From positions 34,188-98,187 of the forward strand of contig FLMG01001356.1 in the NCBI GenBank assembly GCA_900088475.1: 64,000 nt of DNA, written 5' to 3'. The translations under genes were made by a program, and so were the position numbers. The stretch is from Hyphochytrium catenoides. Taxonomy: Eukaryota > Protista > Hyphochytriomycota. How positions within the stretch are numbered: position 1 is the stretch's first letter; every line of letters begins with the position of its first letter. Shown here piece after piece: positions 35,104 through 47,483 of this stretch. The notes below the pieces were generated by a model that saw nothing but the letters and a program-made list of their open reading frames with translations, was not told the origin of the DNA and ran no database searches.

Positions 35104-38100
35104 CTATTCTTCCTGTGCCGCAGCTGATGGCAGCAATTGAAGCCTAATCTCGTCTCGTTTGTTCCAAAGGCTGCCAAGCTCCTTAAGCACTGTCGTCCTG
35201 TGCGATAAGACATTAGCAACTGATCTTCCCACCCAAGTAGAGTTTTCAATGGTATCTGCTATCCGAGCTCGTCTCACCTCTGGACCTGCCATTCGCTCAC
35301 TACCGTCGCCAGAGCTTGGTCGCATTGCATTGTCTTGCTGCTTCTCGCTACGCTTAGCAATGAAAGATTCGATAGCTCTTCCGCTCGCGTCTCTTTATCC
35401 TTGGCGTTCATGTCTCGCAGCTATTGTAGTCGTTCATTCCACCGCCGCGAAGATGTGAGGACGAGTTGAGTCGAATCATCAGCTGTACACTCAAGCAGCT
35501 CAATGGTTGCCCTTCCGCCCTCGAGGTTCTAACTTAGTAACTCTCTGATCTCTATATCTGAATATCTGCATGGTTCTCTAGACCTGTCTCGCTGCTCGAT
35601 GGTGGGCGGGCTTTGACCAAACATCACTATGGAAGCTTTGCAAACGAAGGAAACCTTGCAAACTAGGACCCAATATCCTCTTCAAGAGTGTGTTGACCTT
35701 TCCCTCCCTGAAAGCGCTTACCTCATCTGCAGTCACAAAGTGCTCCTGTCCTTCCATTGAGTAGATCATGCTGGGCACTGGCAAACCCTTTAGCTCTAGT
35801 TTCCTTGTCAGGAACTGTAGGAGACACATCCGGAAGCAGCGGCCAAAGGGAAGAAGTCGGGCAGATGTCTCAGCGCAGGTGAAGGAGAATAGTGGAAGAA
35901 GAAGGAAGGCCTGAAGGTACCTTTACATATTCCTCCTTCTCCTTGCCTGCTCTGATGAGCTCCAGTATGGCATCTTCTCTCTTTAGGAAGTGTGAACGAC
36001 TCGCGCGAGCTCTTGCAGCTCTGCCCTGATCCTCTGCCTCCCACTTCAACTTCAGGGCTTGCTGTGCTTCCTCTATTGACTGGTCGGTGTAGAGTTCAAG
36101 GCCGCAGGATGATACAAGCTCCAATGACCATTCGATGCGTTTCTGCACCCAGGAAAACGAAGAGAGACAGCGCATGAGACCAGCCATTGTCGCATGTGGT
36201 TGGCGTTTGGATAAGGTCCAGTGTAACGTTTCCTCACCTCTCTGCCTGTTACCACATCTTCACCTTGCGCTCTGCTATAGAACGGTCGCACAGATTCCAA
36301 CTCCAGCGGCCAATGTGGCATCCTTCCTGCGTCCACTCCTCCTTCGAAGATATACTCCACGTCCTCTTCCCTGTCTTCAGCGGATGTCGAAGGGGAAGGA
36401 AGGTAGAAGATTTCTATCTGTTCCCAGCCCTCCCACTGACGGATCACACTCTTTGTCCGCCTGTTGATCAGTCGGAAGAAGAGGGCAACACGCGGGATCG
36501 GGGAAGATAAAGAGACAGAGCAGAGAAAAGCAGAGAACCGGAGCGCTACTTCTTGCCCGCAGTCCCCTGCCAGGATATCTCTGAACATGACGTGGTACTT
36601 GTTTGCGTTGTAGACGCCCTGACGAAGGGGGAAAGGAGAATTAGGTAGCAGTTCCCTAAGCGGACAAACGGACCATCTCTCTTTGCTGGCATAGCTCTTT
36701 CTTCCATCCTCCAGTACCATTCTTCGGTCGAAGGAGGGTGCGCCTTTGCTATGATAATGCTTCGACCTGCTATATGCTTAGATTCCTCCCTACGACCCTT
36801 CACCGGTGAGCCTGCCTTCCTCTCTTGCGAATTCACTTTTAATCTATGGTGCCCTTAGTCCCTGTATCTTCTGCTGCCCGCTCTCCCCTCAGACAGACTA
36901 ATACTGCAAATGATGCCGAAGTCTACCAACGTTGCGGGGAGGTGTTGCGTACCTTGTAGAGTGAAGTGCTAAGAGTAGATACAACCTCCAGGGCGACGGG
37001 TCTAGTGCAAGCATAAGTCAAAGTCCAGGAGAAAGGAGGCAGATGGAGTGAGGAATGCCCATAGACAGCAACTACCGAAAAGCCTTTAGAGCTGTTAGGT
37101 AGAGGAAAGTAGCCAGTCGATTTGACGGAGAGGTCTTGAACTTCCCCATTATCCATGTCCACCTGAGTACCATTGACCGGAAAGGAACGAGAGTTAGGCG
37201 CAATGTATTCCGGAGAGACTCGCAGAAAGAGGCATAGGTAGATAGGGATTTATCAATATATAGAGAGAGAAAGGGAGAAGAGAGAGAGAGCAAGAGAGAG
37301 ATAAGAAATTATAAGGGCCGGGCTGTCTGTGGCAAAACATCTGGAAGGAAACGGAAAGTGCAGGTAAGGTCTATTGTTTAGCACTAACAAGCCCTACCCC
37401 CAGGTGAAAGCTTATCTCGCAGAGAGTCGACATTTGAGGTACGAATAACAAAGAAGAGATGAGGCCTACCAGCTTGATGACTATGAAAGGAGCAAGGGCC
37501 GGTTCGCTAAGCTCCAGATATAGAGAGAGGAAAGTTTTAGAGCCATCTTCCGGCGCTTCCTCCGCCAAGCTTATAGTGTGTCGGAAAAAAGCCTGTAAGA
37601 CCGAATCATTGAGCCAAGATGAAGGGGAGAACGTTGTCGGGTGAGGGGAGTATTCAATCGGGGAGCAGGAGCTGCAATGTGACATACGGCTTGAGACGAT
37701 AGAGAGATGAGCTTGAACAGAGGACCAATCGGATTGCCCTTGGCTACCACTACATAGTTAAGGGCCATGCTGACGAAATCTCGGCTACGACGATCGATTG
37801 ACGAGGGCAGAACAGAGGCAGAGGGAGAGAGCGCTCACCTTGAATGTTCCTTTGTTAACAGCTGCAGACTCGCCTGACTTTGTGTGCACGAAGAGTTCTG
37901 GGATTACTTTCCTTGCCTCAGAGGGTCTCTGAAAGGCCAAATGGGGAGGCGAAGCGGAGGGAGGCGCAGGGGGCGTAGTGCTCATAGAGACTATCATGCC
38001 ACTGGTGCTGTGTGCGTACAGCTTGAAGACGTGAGCTCCAGTATCCAGGCAGAGACTAAGAGCAAAGGAGGGTAAATACGAGCTGACGAGTTGAGGTCGT

Positions 38101-41100
38101 ATGTTTGTTGACCCGGCAGTATAGGAGAACCGAACACATCGGCAACAAGCTGAAGGCGCAGTTCGGAGTTCGACTGTGGAGAATCAAGGACCAAACAGCA
38201 TAATGTACTAAGAAAAGAGACACAAAAGCGGAATGAGAGATGAGAACCCTACGGCCGAGGTAAGCATTGATATAGAAAGAGAAGTCCAGAGTTGCCTCAA
38301 GTTGTAAACAGCATCACCTAGTTGATGGGATAAGAGAGGCTTTGCTTTAGAGATTCTATACTTACCGAACTGTCTTCGTCCTCTCTGACGTCAGAGAGAG
38401 AGCAAGGGACTGTGACCAATTTTCACCGTCAACTTTAGGTGCTACCTCCCTTCTAAGCGTTAGAGAGGCACGACTGGGCTTCCCACCACTCTTGCGCGCT
38501 GAGAGACTCACGAATACCTGGATAGGCTCTGTAGCCTTCACAGTGAGGTACTGATCTAACACTGAATACAAAGACCGTTAGACGGTGCCAGCGAGGGATA
38601 TTGAGCGTGAGAGGATAACACAGGAGACCAGTTAGGGTATGACCGAGGGGAGAGAAAGTCAAGATAGATAGATACATCCAACGGGCAAATCATCCTGGCT
38701 ACGTAAGCAGAAGAAGCGGCACGCGGAGCAACCCGGAGTTGCACAGCAAGTATGATCGAGCAGAAAGCAGGGGAAGGCGGAAGACATCTCATCTCGAAGA
38801 CAGACCCTTGGTCCCCTCTATATATAGCGACGATGAAGAATTGTCTGGCAGGGAAGGAGCCGGAGAAGGACTAAGCTCCAGAGAGATCTGGTTCTCGTGG
38901 TATACGAAAGGCAAAACGAGCAGCTCCTGCCGTGGGGCCGCCTGCAGGGCGGTCAGGGGTACCTTCACCTCCTTTTGGTCTGGTCGGCGAAGTAGATGGC
39001 AACGTATTATAAGGACAAGTATCTAAGATGAGGTATATGTTGATCAAGTGCGTCACACGCCATGTAGAGCTAAGCAGAGAATAAGGGAAACATAGGTCCT
39101 GCACTTTATACTTGAGGGTTATACTAGCTGTCCGGCAGAATAAAGGGGATGGGGACACAAACAAAGAGCGAGGGTTAAGAAGAGAGATCTTGTGGCCGAA
39201 ATTGTAAGGGATAGGCGTTGTGATGTGACTTCGTCAACTTCTTACCCGTCGCCAGAGTTAAGAGTGTAGGGCTATCTCCGCTTGCCAACGTGAGGCCAAT
39301 GATAGGGAAGGGCCTCTGGGCTTTAAGGGTGAAAGGAAGGTTTGGGATTGTGAAGTCGTCGTCGAGCATGAACGCCCATAACGGTAGGACAGGTACAGCC
39401 TGGCAACAGGTAAGAAAGGTTTCAGCCAAAGTGAAGAAGTCGGCTTCAGCTCAAGTCTGATAAAGTCTATTGGACAGACCGGGAAGGACGAATAGCATAT
39501 GTTGTTGTTTCTCCACAATCGCTCCAAAAGAGCAAAGTAAACCTTCACGCTCACCGCTTATGACTGCTTACCTCTTGTTTCGCTTTCGCATCCTTTCCAG
39601 CCGGCTCGAGGTTGGCAGGAAGTAAGATCTAAGATCACATATGAGAGTGCAGAAAGGTATCAGAGGACATACTCGCTTAGCTCCCTCCTCATTATCCTCT
39701 CGTCCCTTTCTCTTCTATTTCTTCCTCGCGTCCCAATTCTTTCGGTCTCGTCTCTACTAATAATTCCCACTTACAGCTTCTGAACTCTCTTTGTCCAGCT
39801 TCTCCAAAACCTGTGGACTCTCGGGACAGATCAGGCTACAACCTGCGAAAACAGTGATAAGCTGTCTTTATGCTCGCAATTGGGAAAGACGCTTGCTCTT
39901 TCGTCCTCCCCTTCCGGTTCTCTTCTGCTGTTCCTCCTCACTGCTGCTCCTCCTCACTGCCTCAGTGTGCTCACTGTTGCTTCATACCATAACCTTTATC
40001 GCATGGTGCTCATCCTCTGTCCACCAATACATCGATATCACTCCTATTGTGCCCATGTGATGTTTGCTTTTGTGTCCTACCTGTCAAAGCTTTGATAGCA
40101 AAAGAGAGTGCTTCTGCCACGCTCTTGTTGTCCGGAAGCGAGGAAAATCCTCCTTCCAAAGCCAACAGCTTGTAAACGGCCTTGGACAGAAGAGTTGGCC
40201 ACATCTCGAGCTTCTCCTCGCTAGCTGCGAACAGAATCCGACCCTTTGCATAAGAGTGTCCAGCAGAACAAGACATTAGACGCTCCTTCCTACGTTGGCG
40301 AACATATGGCCTCTGATTCCCGCCACTTTGTCTTCTTCTTTCCCTATCATCCGAGAAGGCATCGTCTGCTAACTCCTCCTCTTCAAACAGTGGACAGTGG
40401 ATATTATGGTACACTCCTCTAAATTACCTTCTCATCCACAGGCACGAAGTCATCAACGACTAATGCTCGCCATTTGCCATACAGGAAGACTCTGATGTGG
40501 TAGAGTGAAGCATGGGGAGGTGATATGGGCGAGCCTTCTGCTTCGGGTTGGTAGGGATGTAGGGTCTCCCAGAGGAGGGTGCCAGGTTGCGAACAGAGAA
40601 GAGGAGATGAAGTGGCAATTAGACGGAAGAGATGCGTACAAAAGCTGTCAACTTCATCTCCTTCTGGTACAATTGCTGCGTAGTTCACTTCGCCTTCTTC
40701 ATTAACAAGCGGTAGCTCAGGTGCTGGATGGTTCCAAAAGAAGTTTTAGATATCTGCATGCCAGCTTCTATTATCTCTCTCTCTGTCTCTCTCTCTTTCT
40801 CTCTCTCTCTCTTTCTCTTCCTCGATCGCTCTTTCTGACTTCCCTTGTACTTTGTGCACACTTCTTCCCTTTCCTTTCCCCTCATATCCCTCCAGCAGAG
40901 TAGCCCTTCTTAATTTTAAATGAACTAACTTCTAATTGGTTAGTGGACGCTCTTCCAGGTTTGCAACTGTAGTCTATTGCTCACTTACTGCTTGTAGACG
41001 CACCTGTCTTGTCTTCTGCTTCTCCTTTCTCAGCGCCAGGCGGCTTGTTCTCAAAGGAATCGATTTCGGTCTCTGTTGGCGCCTTCTTTTTCTTCTTCTT

Positions 41101-42539
41101 CTTTCTTTTCCTCAGGGCCTCACTGATAGCATCCTCTATCCTCTTCTTCTGAGCCTGGCTCAACTCCCTGCGAAAGCCGCGGGGAAGAGTCCTTGGCCCC
41201 GGTCCAGGTCCGGGGACAAAGATCTAGCAAGAAGAGAGCATATTAGTTCAGAACCTATTCGTAGCAGACACGACGCAAAGAGGAAGAGAAGAATCAAGGA
41301 AACATCACCATGCAGAACCCCGAGAGCCGAGTCCAAGCAGAAACAACGAATAAGAAGAGAAAATGAGAGGACATGGGGCAAATGAAGAAGAGCGAGCGTT
41401 AGCGAGAGACGAATAAAATAAAACAACCTGTCTCGAAGTTGGAGGAGAGTAGAGGTCGCTGCCGTCAGATCGAAGCTTCTTGTCCTTCAGATTGAGCTTT
41501 GAAGCAGAAGCAGTCCGTTGCTGCAGATTTTTAGAAAGAATATGGAAAGAGGAGAGAAAGAAAGACGCAAAAGTAGGCAGCAGGCCAAAAAGAAGAGACC
41601 ACATTTTTAAGAGTTAGTACGTGGACTGGTAAGGGTCAAAAAGTCAAGCGTGGCGATTCCACCTTGGCGTCCTGTAGGCTCCCAGGTTGCTCTGGTGTTG
41701 TCTGTTTCTTTCCTCGTACTGCGGCCTCGTGCTCAGCGATGATGTCGCCCAAACGTCTCCACTCATAGGGAAGCTCCTGAAGAGGAGGCAAATTAGTTCA
41801 ACCAGGAGGGCGGGAGATAGAGGTGGACAGAACCATAAAGAGCGCGACAGAAACAAGCTCCAGAATATGAGAACAGCTCTAGCAATAACAAAGAGAAAGA
41901 GAGCTCGGAGTGGGTTTAAGGATGCTACTTGTTACCTTAAGAAATGCTCCGTAGAACTCTCGACCAGCAGGATCTTGATAGTCAGTAGGGCTAAATGTCT
42001 GTTCAGCCAATGGAACTGGTGCTGGAGAGGAGGAGCGGTGGGCGAGAGTGAAGTTAGCATAGCGTTTATGAACTAAAGAGTGTCACAAGGCAAAGCTAAA
42101 GTGAAGGAGAGAACGTCCTATGAGCACAGCGGAGGATAGACTTTGAACAGGCGAGAGAAGGAGCACAAAGATGGACAAGAGAGACAAGAAAAGATAGACG
42201 AGGTGTAGCCCTAGGAGGAGTGGTCAAAGGATTCGAGCATACGTGGCGTCACAGCATCAAGAGGCCATTCTGGCAGCAGCGTATCGGGAGTTTGGACTTG
42301 CTTGGGCAGCAAGAAGGGGACCTTTACTTCTTCCGTGAGGTCCGGCTGCGGCGGCTCCGGCTAGAGGGACAACAAGGGTCAAATTCAGGATCTCTGCAAG
42401 ATGTGAGGGCCTGACTGAACTTCACCTGTCGCAAGGCGGAGGGCGAGAGTCCATCATCATGCTTGTTAGGCTTCTTTTTGGTCTTTCCGCCTCCTGCTCC
42501 CTTATCTCCACCAGACGCCTTGATGGCTTTGGGAGGCAT
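35104..42539 (-). CDS. Androglobin-like protein (divergent calpain catalytic-type domain plus ADGB-like C-terminus), many exons
   Basis: MPPK start; YHIRVFLYGKWRALVVDDFVPVDEK and EMWPTLLSKAVYKLL (ADGB calpain-like segment); KWEAEDQGRAARARASRSHFL resembles the ADGB C-terminal WE..EPGRA.KA...R..YL motif. Confidence 0.7.
40772..40820. repeat. (CT)n microsatellite in an intron
   Basis: Directly visible. Confidence 0.85.
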
Positions 42540-42762
42540 GTCTCAGGAGGACAAGAGCACGCAGAGGGCACAAGCGTGTGACCCTCTGCTGCACACAAGT
42601 TTAACCTATCAATCAAGCTAAGATAGCTCTATGGTACCGCTTCAGTGAGATGAAGAAGCAAGACCTACTGGGTTATAAGGAAACTCAGACCCTCACACCG
42701 ACACCTGCGTACTCTCTTTGCCGGGGCTCCTCTAGCTTTTCACCACTACTTGGCTCGTTCCA

Positions 42763-43180
42763 TCTCTCTCTCTCTCTCCCGTGTGTATATGTTCTCTCAT
42801 CATTCTCTGTCTGTCTGTCTGTCTATCTGTCTGTCTGCCTATTTGTCTGTCTGCCTGTCTGTCTCCTGCATTGAACTCTCTTTGCCCGTCACCGCTGAGC
42901 TTCCTGACCTTCCGTCTCGCTTCGTGGCCTTCCTACAGCTTCTGAGCAAGGGAAGGACGTTACATACTGTTTAGGTTTGACCTTTCGTGCTTCACCTTAG
43001 CGCCCATCCGTCCCATATCCCAGTGGTTAATATTAGTAAGATGGGGGACAGGGCGGGTGGGCGTAGGCTATTTGGATGTATGGCGTCGGGTTCGCCGGAC
43101 CATCATCAGAGAGAGCGAAAGGATGAGTGAGAGAGAGAGAGAGAGAGAGCAACAGAGGAGGGAGAGAGAGAGAGAGTGGA
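42763..43180. repeat. Intergenic (CT)n/(CTGT)n and (AG)n microsatellites
   Basis: CT/CTGT tract at 42763-42870 and AG tract at 43108-43180. Confidence 0.8.
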
Positions 43181-43669
43181 TAAGAGACAAGATGTAATAT
43201 GCGATGACCTACATGAGGACAGCAGAGGCAGACAAGGATATGAGACCCATCAATGCAGATGAACGGTGCTAACAGGAGCTAGTAGCCAACACAGCAAGGA
43301 CCTCACAGCACTCGAACTCGAGCTTGAGGAAGTAGTCGCAGGATAATTTTCTAGCAGCAGACCCATCTGAGACCATCTGCTAGGTGGAAGACGCAACTTT
43401 GATTTTGCATTTTATACAGCCAATTAGCCACATTAGAGGAGTTGGAGACAATCGCCAAGATGCGGAAGATGAGATCCGGATGCCTTATTCCGATAGCTGT
43501 CAAGCGCAATCATATACATACTTCCTCATAATTCATGCACACGGCTGGATCTCCTCACCCTTTGACTGGACCCCCACAAACAAACACTAGTGTACACGGT
43601 GCTGAGCGCCTCTATCCCACGACCTGTAAACCGCCGTGAGAGCAGTACCGTAAAGACGCCGTCCACTAA

Positions 43670-44924
43670 CTAGCTGCCTGGCGGGGGAGCTGTCTCTGGG
43701 CCTACAGGCTCAAAGGTCCCATCTTCCTTCACCACTAATCTATGTCCTGCTGGGGCCTTAGTTGGATGTGTATAGACCTCCCCTTCCTCGGGAATGGAGT
43801 CCAAAGTCTCCTCAATATCGCTGAGAAGAGCGCTGGTAAGGTCTTCGGGATCAGAGTACTCAGACATGCCTGCTAGCTTCTCCTGTGCCACTGCCGTGGC
43901 TGCAATATTAAGCGCTTCCGTCAAGGTCTCTACCTGCAGCACCACGTACACTTGTTATTATGCAACAGTTTCAAAACTGGATAGACTACTTATTACCTCG
44001 TCTTTATAGGCCGAAAGCATGGCCTCAACCTGTCTCCGAACTTCCTTTTCCAGCCGCAAAGCTTCCTGCTCTCGTCTGGTTTCTGCCTTAGCCTCGTGAA
44101 CTCTCTAAAATTTAGCAGGCAGGAATGGAAAGGTCACTTGTTAGAAGGGTAGAAAAGGACGGCGTACCCAAGAACATGGACTTCGAGCGATAAGTGCAGG
44201 ACCAGGATAACAGGCTCAAAACTCACCGCTTTCTCCGCTTCTAGCTGCTTTACGACATCATCAATCCTCGCTTCAGCCGCGGCCAACATGGTGTTGACCA
44301 ACCTGAACGGTCGCCAAAATCTTAGAAGACCCAATATCCTGACAACTGCAAAGCGCAAACTTAGTATAGAGTCAATGCCATCTTGTGCTAATACGTCTTA
44401 CCCTTAGAGATTCCGGACAAGTCTGCATAGAAGAGGTACGATACGATCAGCACGTCCAGACCGTAGCCGTAGTGACTGAAAAAGTTAGCTCCTCCGGCAA
44501 AGACAAGAAGAGCTAACTCTAGCATGAAGAAGAAAATTGAAAAACCGGAGAAGCGCTGCAGTGCTTCCTCCCATATGGACGTAGGTTTGATAGGAGAGTT
44601 CTCCACTCCAAGCTGGCTGAGGAGGAGAAGTACGGAGGCAGTCACATCGAGTGCGATGAGCACGATGATGCCCAGCTGCACCTCAAAGCTTTCAATGATC
44701 TCAGCGATCTTTCCTCTAAGTTCGGAGTAATATAACCCGACTTGTGGGGTGAGCTTCTCCACTGTCATGGTGTCCTCCTCATCCTCCTCTTCGTCCGTAG
44801 ATTCCTCAATGACCTCAGCAAAGTTTGCCTCATCGCCTTCATCTTCATTGGTGTCAGGTATTTTTTCTCCATCTTGATCTGCCTTGGTGGGCAAGCGGCG
44901 ACGTAGGGCTGGATTCTGGGGCAT
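43670..44924 (-). CDS. HVCN1: Voltage-gated proton channel Hv1-like (4-TM voltage sensor plus C-terminal coiled coil), 4 exons
   Basis: S1 IIVLIALDV (selectivity Asp), S2 FFMLEL, S3 FFSHYGYGLDVLIV, S4 LLRFWRPFRLVN (RxWRxxR followed by Asn). No pore domain follows; first intron 44401-44346. Confidence 0.75.
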
Positions 44925-47483
44925 GGTATGCAGCTGCAGGCGAAACTCGTAGATACCCTTTACGTGGGCGGGGGTGGCGGTAGAAGCGGTCAGAAGCTCT
45001 CAGTTATGACCTTCCTTTGGCAGACCTGAAGGTGAACCTAAACCAGGCTGACCTTCTGTTCCTCTGTTCCTCTGTCCCTCCTGTCCTCGACTGGAGACCA
45101 CGGACTATAAGTAACAACAGCCAATTGCTCGCGTGGGTGCCGAAACAGATGCGTCCAAGGGCCCTGCGCCACAACTCAATGCTATCTATAGTTCTAAGGC
45201 GAGAGCGGAGGATGAAGCCCGAACGGCAGCTTGACTTCTTCTCCTCCGCCGGTGCCTCACTCTGTCTGCTGCTGTATCTCCATCGCCCCAGCCACCAGGG
45301 GACTGCAAGCCTCCCGCCCTCATCCTTCAACTTCAATGATGCATTATTCTTTCGTCCTTTCCGTGGTTCGTTCTGTGCTCTCTGACCTTTCCCTCTCTGA
45401 CCGCTAACGGCCGTCCACTCGCTGAGCCAAAGGTTACTTCAACTTCTAATAATCCTTCAGATTCATCACCGTTGCAAAACGAATAGCGATGCCTACTAGG
45501 GAGATAGAACAACATCTGCTTTGCTGGTGTCCTGCTGCGCGATGAGGATGAGGAGGAGGTCGCGAGTTATTTACGGGACAGAGAGGTCCATTAGCAAGCG
45601 GCGGGAGAGAGACGCTTGAGCAATAATAAGCGGGGAGCATGTAATCGCTGCGTCGCAATGCAGCTGATGTGAGTGGGTACCCGAACACTACTTTGGCAAT
45701 TCAAGCAAGGTACGCAACGGTAGTAGGATGAACTTCAGTCTCCTGCCAGTTCGATAAGAGGCACAATGCAGTAGGACAGGTTTATTATATTGCTGATGGA
45801 GAGATAGCAATGCTTCTCCTTCTAATTTGTCTGATTATAGTCCATGGTGTGGCTCTCTCCAAGGCGATGGAGGATAATTCATGGTTCTCTGACTCTTGCT
45901 ATCACGTCGCCCCCGTCTCAGCAATCCCACAAGAAGCGGTAACGCAAAGGGGAGTCCCGCGTCAATTCGATTCCTTTTTTATTAGGCTGTTTGTTGCACG
46001 AGGTCTTCTCTTCTCCTCAGGTAGCACTAACAATATAGCTCGGCCGTCTTTTCCCTGTCCCATAATGATAAGAAGTAGGACGGCAGGCTAATGACCGACC
46101 GAGCAGCAAGAAGAACTCGCCGGTCCAAGGGTCCTGCGCAAGGCACAGACTATTGCCCGTGGTGGTAGTAGTAGGATCATCTTCTTCTCCTCCGCTTTTC
46201 TGATTGCAGCTACAAGTACTATTATTATGATGGATAGTCTCACACTCTTCCCCCGCTCTCCACCTTCCGCTGAAAACAATGCGCTCCTGCTTACTACATC
46301 TTCGGACAACCGCCGCACAGAACAGGCCAATTATTATTGTTCTCTCCCTGTGACGACCAGTGCTGCGTTCTGAAGAAGAAGTGGCCGAAGCCGAGTCTTA
46401 GTAGGCCCTCTTCTTAGTGTTTTTTTGCCTCCACTCTCCAGGACTTCTGTCCCCGGCCTTGCTAATTATACCAGACGGGCCCCTCCTCTTTTAGAAAGGG
46501 CGCTTGGGCCTACATCATAGACATGTTAACTGCACATCTTTAGGCTTCTATTGACCCACGCCGCCGACACTAAGCTACGTCGGTGTCAAAGGAGAACTGA
46601 TACTGAGTTCCCATCAGTGTGGTCGTCACGGGTATGGTCACCCCAATAACGGGCAGCTTGATCCTCTTCTTCTGCGCCTGTTTTGATGTATGGCAGAGAA
46701 GAAGAGAGCCATTGAGTGATCGTTCTGGGCCTACTGCCACGAAGAACAATGCAGAACGATAACCCTGCGCAGCGCGACACCACCGCCATCAACCCGTTTG
46801 GTTAGCCAGTCCTTGCTTCTTACAAAGTCTCTAATAATGCACTGCCTGCATCTAGTGTTATTATGTGTAGAGTGAGTGCAAACATCCTTGAATCGCTCAA
46901 CTTCATCAGTTAGAGGAAGAATGGAGACCATAAAATTGGATGTTCTTCTTGATGCTTGCTGAAAGCTTCCCCTTTCTTCAAAGGAAAGAACGAAAATATT
47001 GTAACAGAGCTGTAAAGAGTGTTAGGGCGTTAGACAGGTTTGGTACAAATGAAGGATACTTTCAACTTTAGGGAAACCTTTCCATCAGCATAGCATGAGT
47101 TTGGTCGAAGATGATGAAGATGCCAGTGTCTCTCATCACTTCCGCAGACTCAAAACAAGCGTTGAATTGCATTGCCTCTGATAGGAAGGATACTGCTGAC
47201 CGTCGATTGCATGCTGTGTGAAGGTCGATGCAGCTAGGAAGCGTCAAGCTTCACCAGCTGATGCCTGTGAAACTGCACCGCTCACTGATACCAAGCGCAG
47301 TCTACCTATCGACATGTCCTAACAGCGTGGTACTGAGTGTACATATCCACGGGGGTCATGGACTCATGAATTCTCACCACCCTATGGTCCAGTCCCCGAG
47401 CTCTGGACTGCTCAGGGGTATCAAACCTATCCCCTAGTTTCTCTTTCTGCGAGTGGCTGCGCGGACCAGATACCGTTGCAGCA

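Noticed and set aside
46560-47440. Short minus- and plus-strand ORFs upstream of the zinc-ribbon gene
   Set aside because: No recognisable motif and no consistent exon chain could be assembled; left unannotated.
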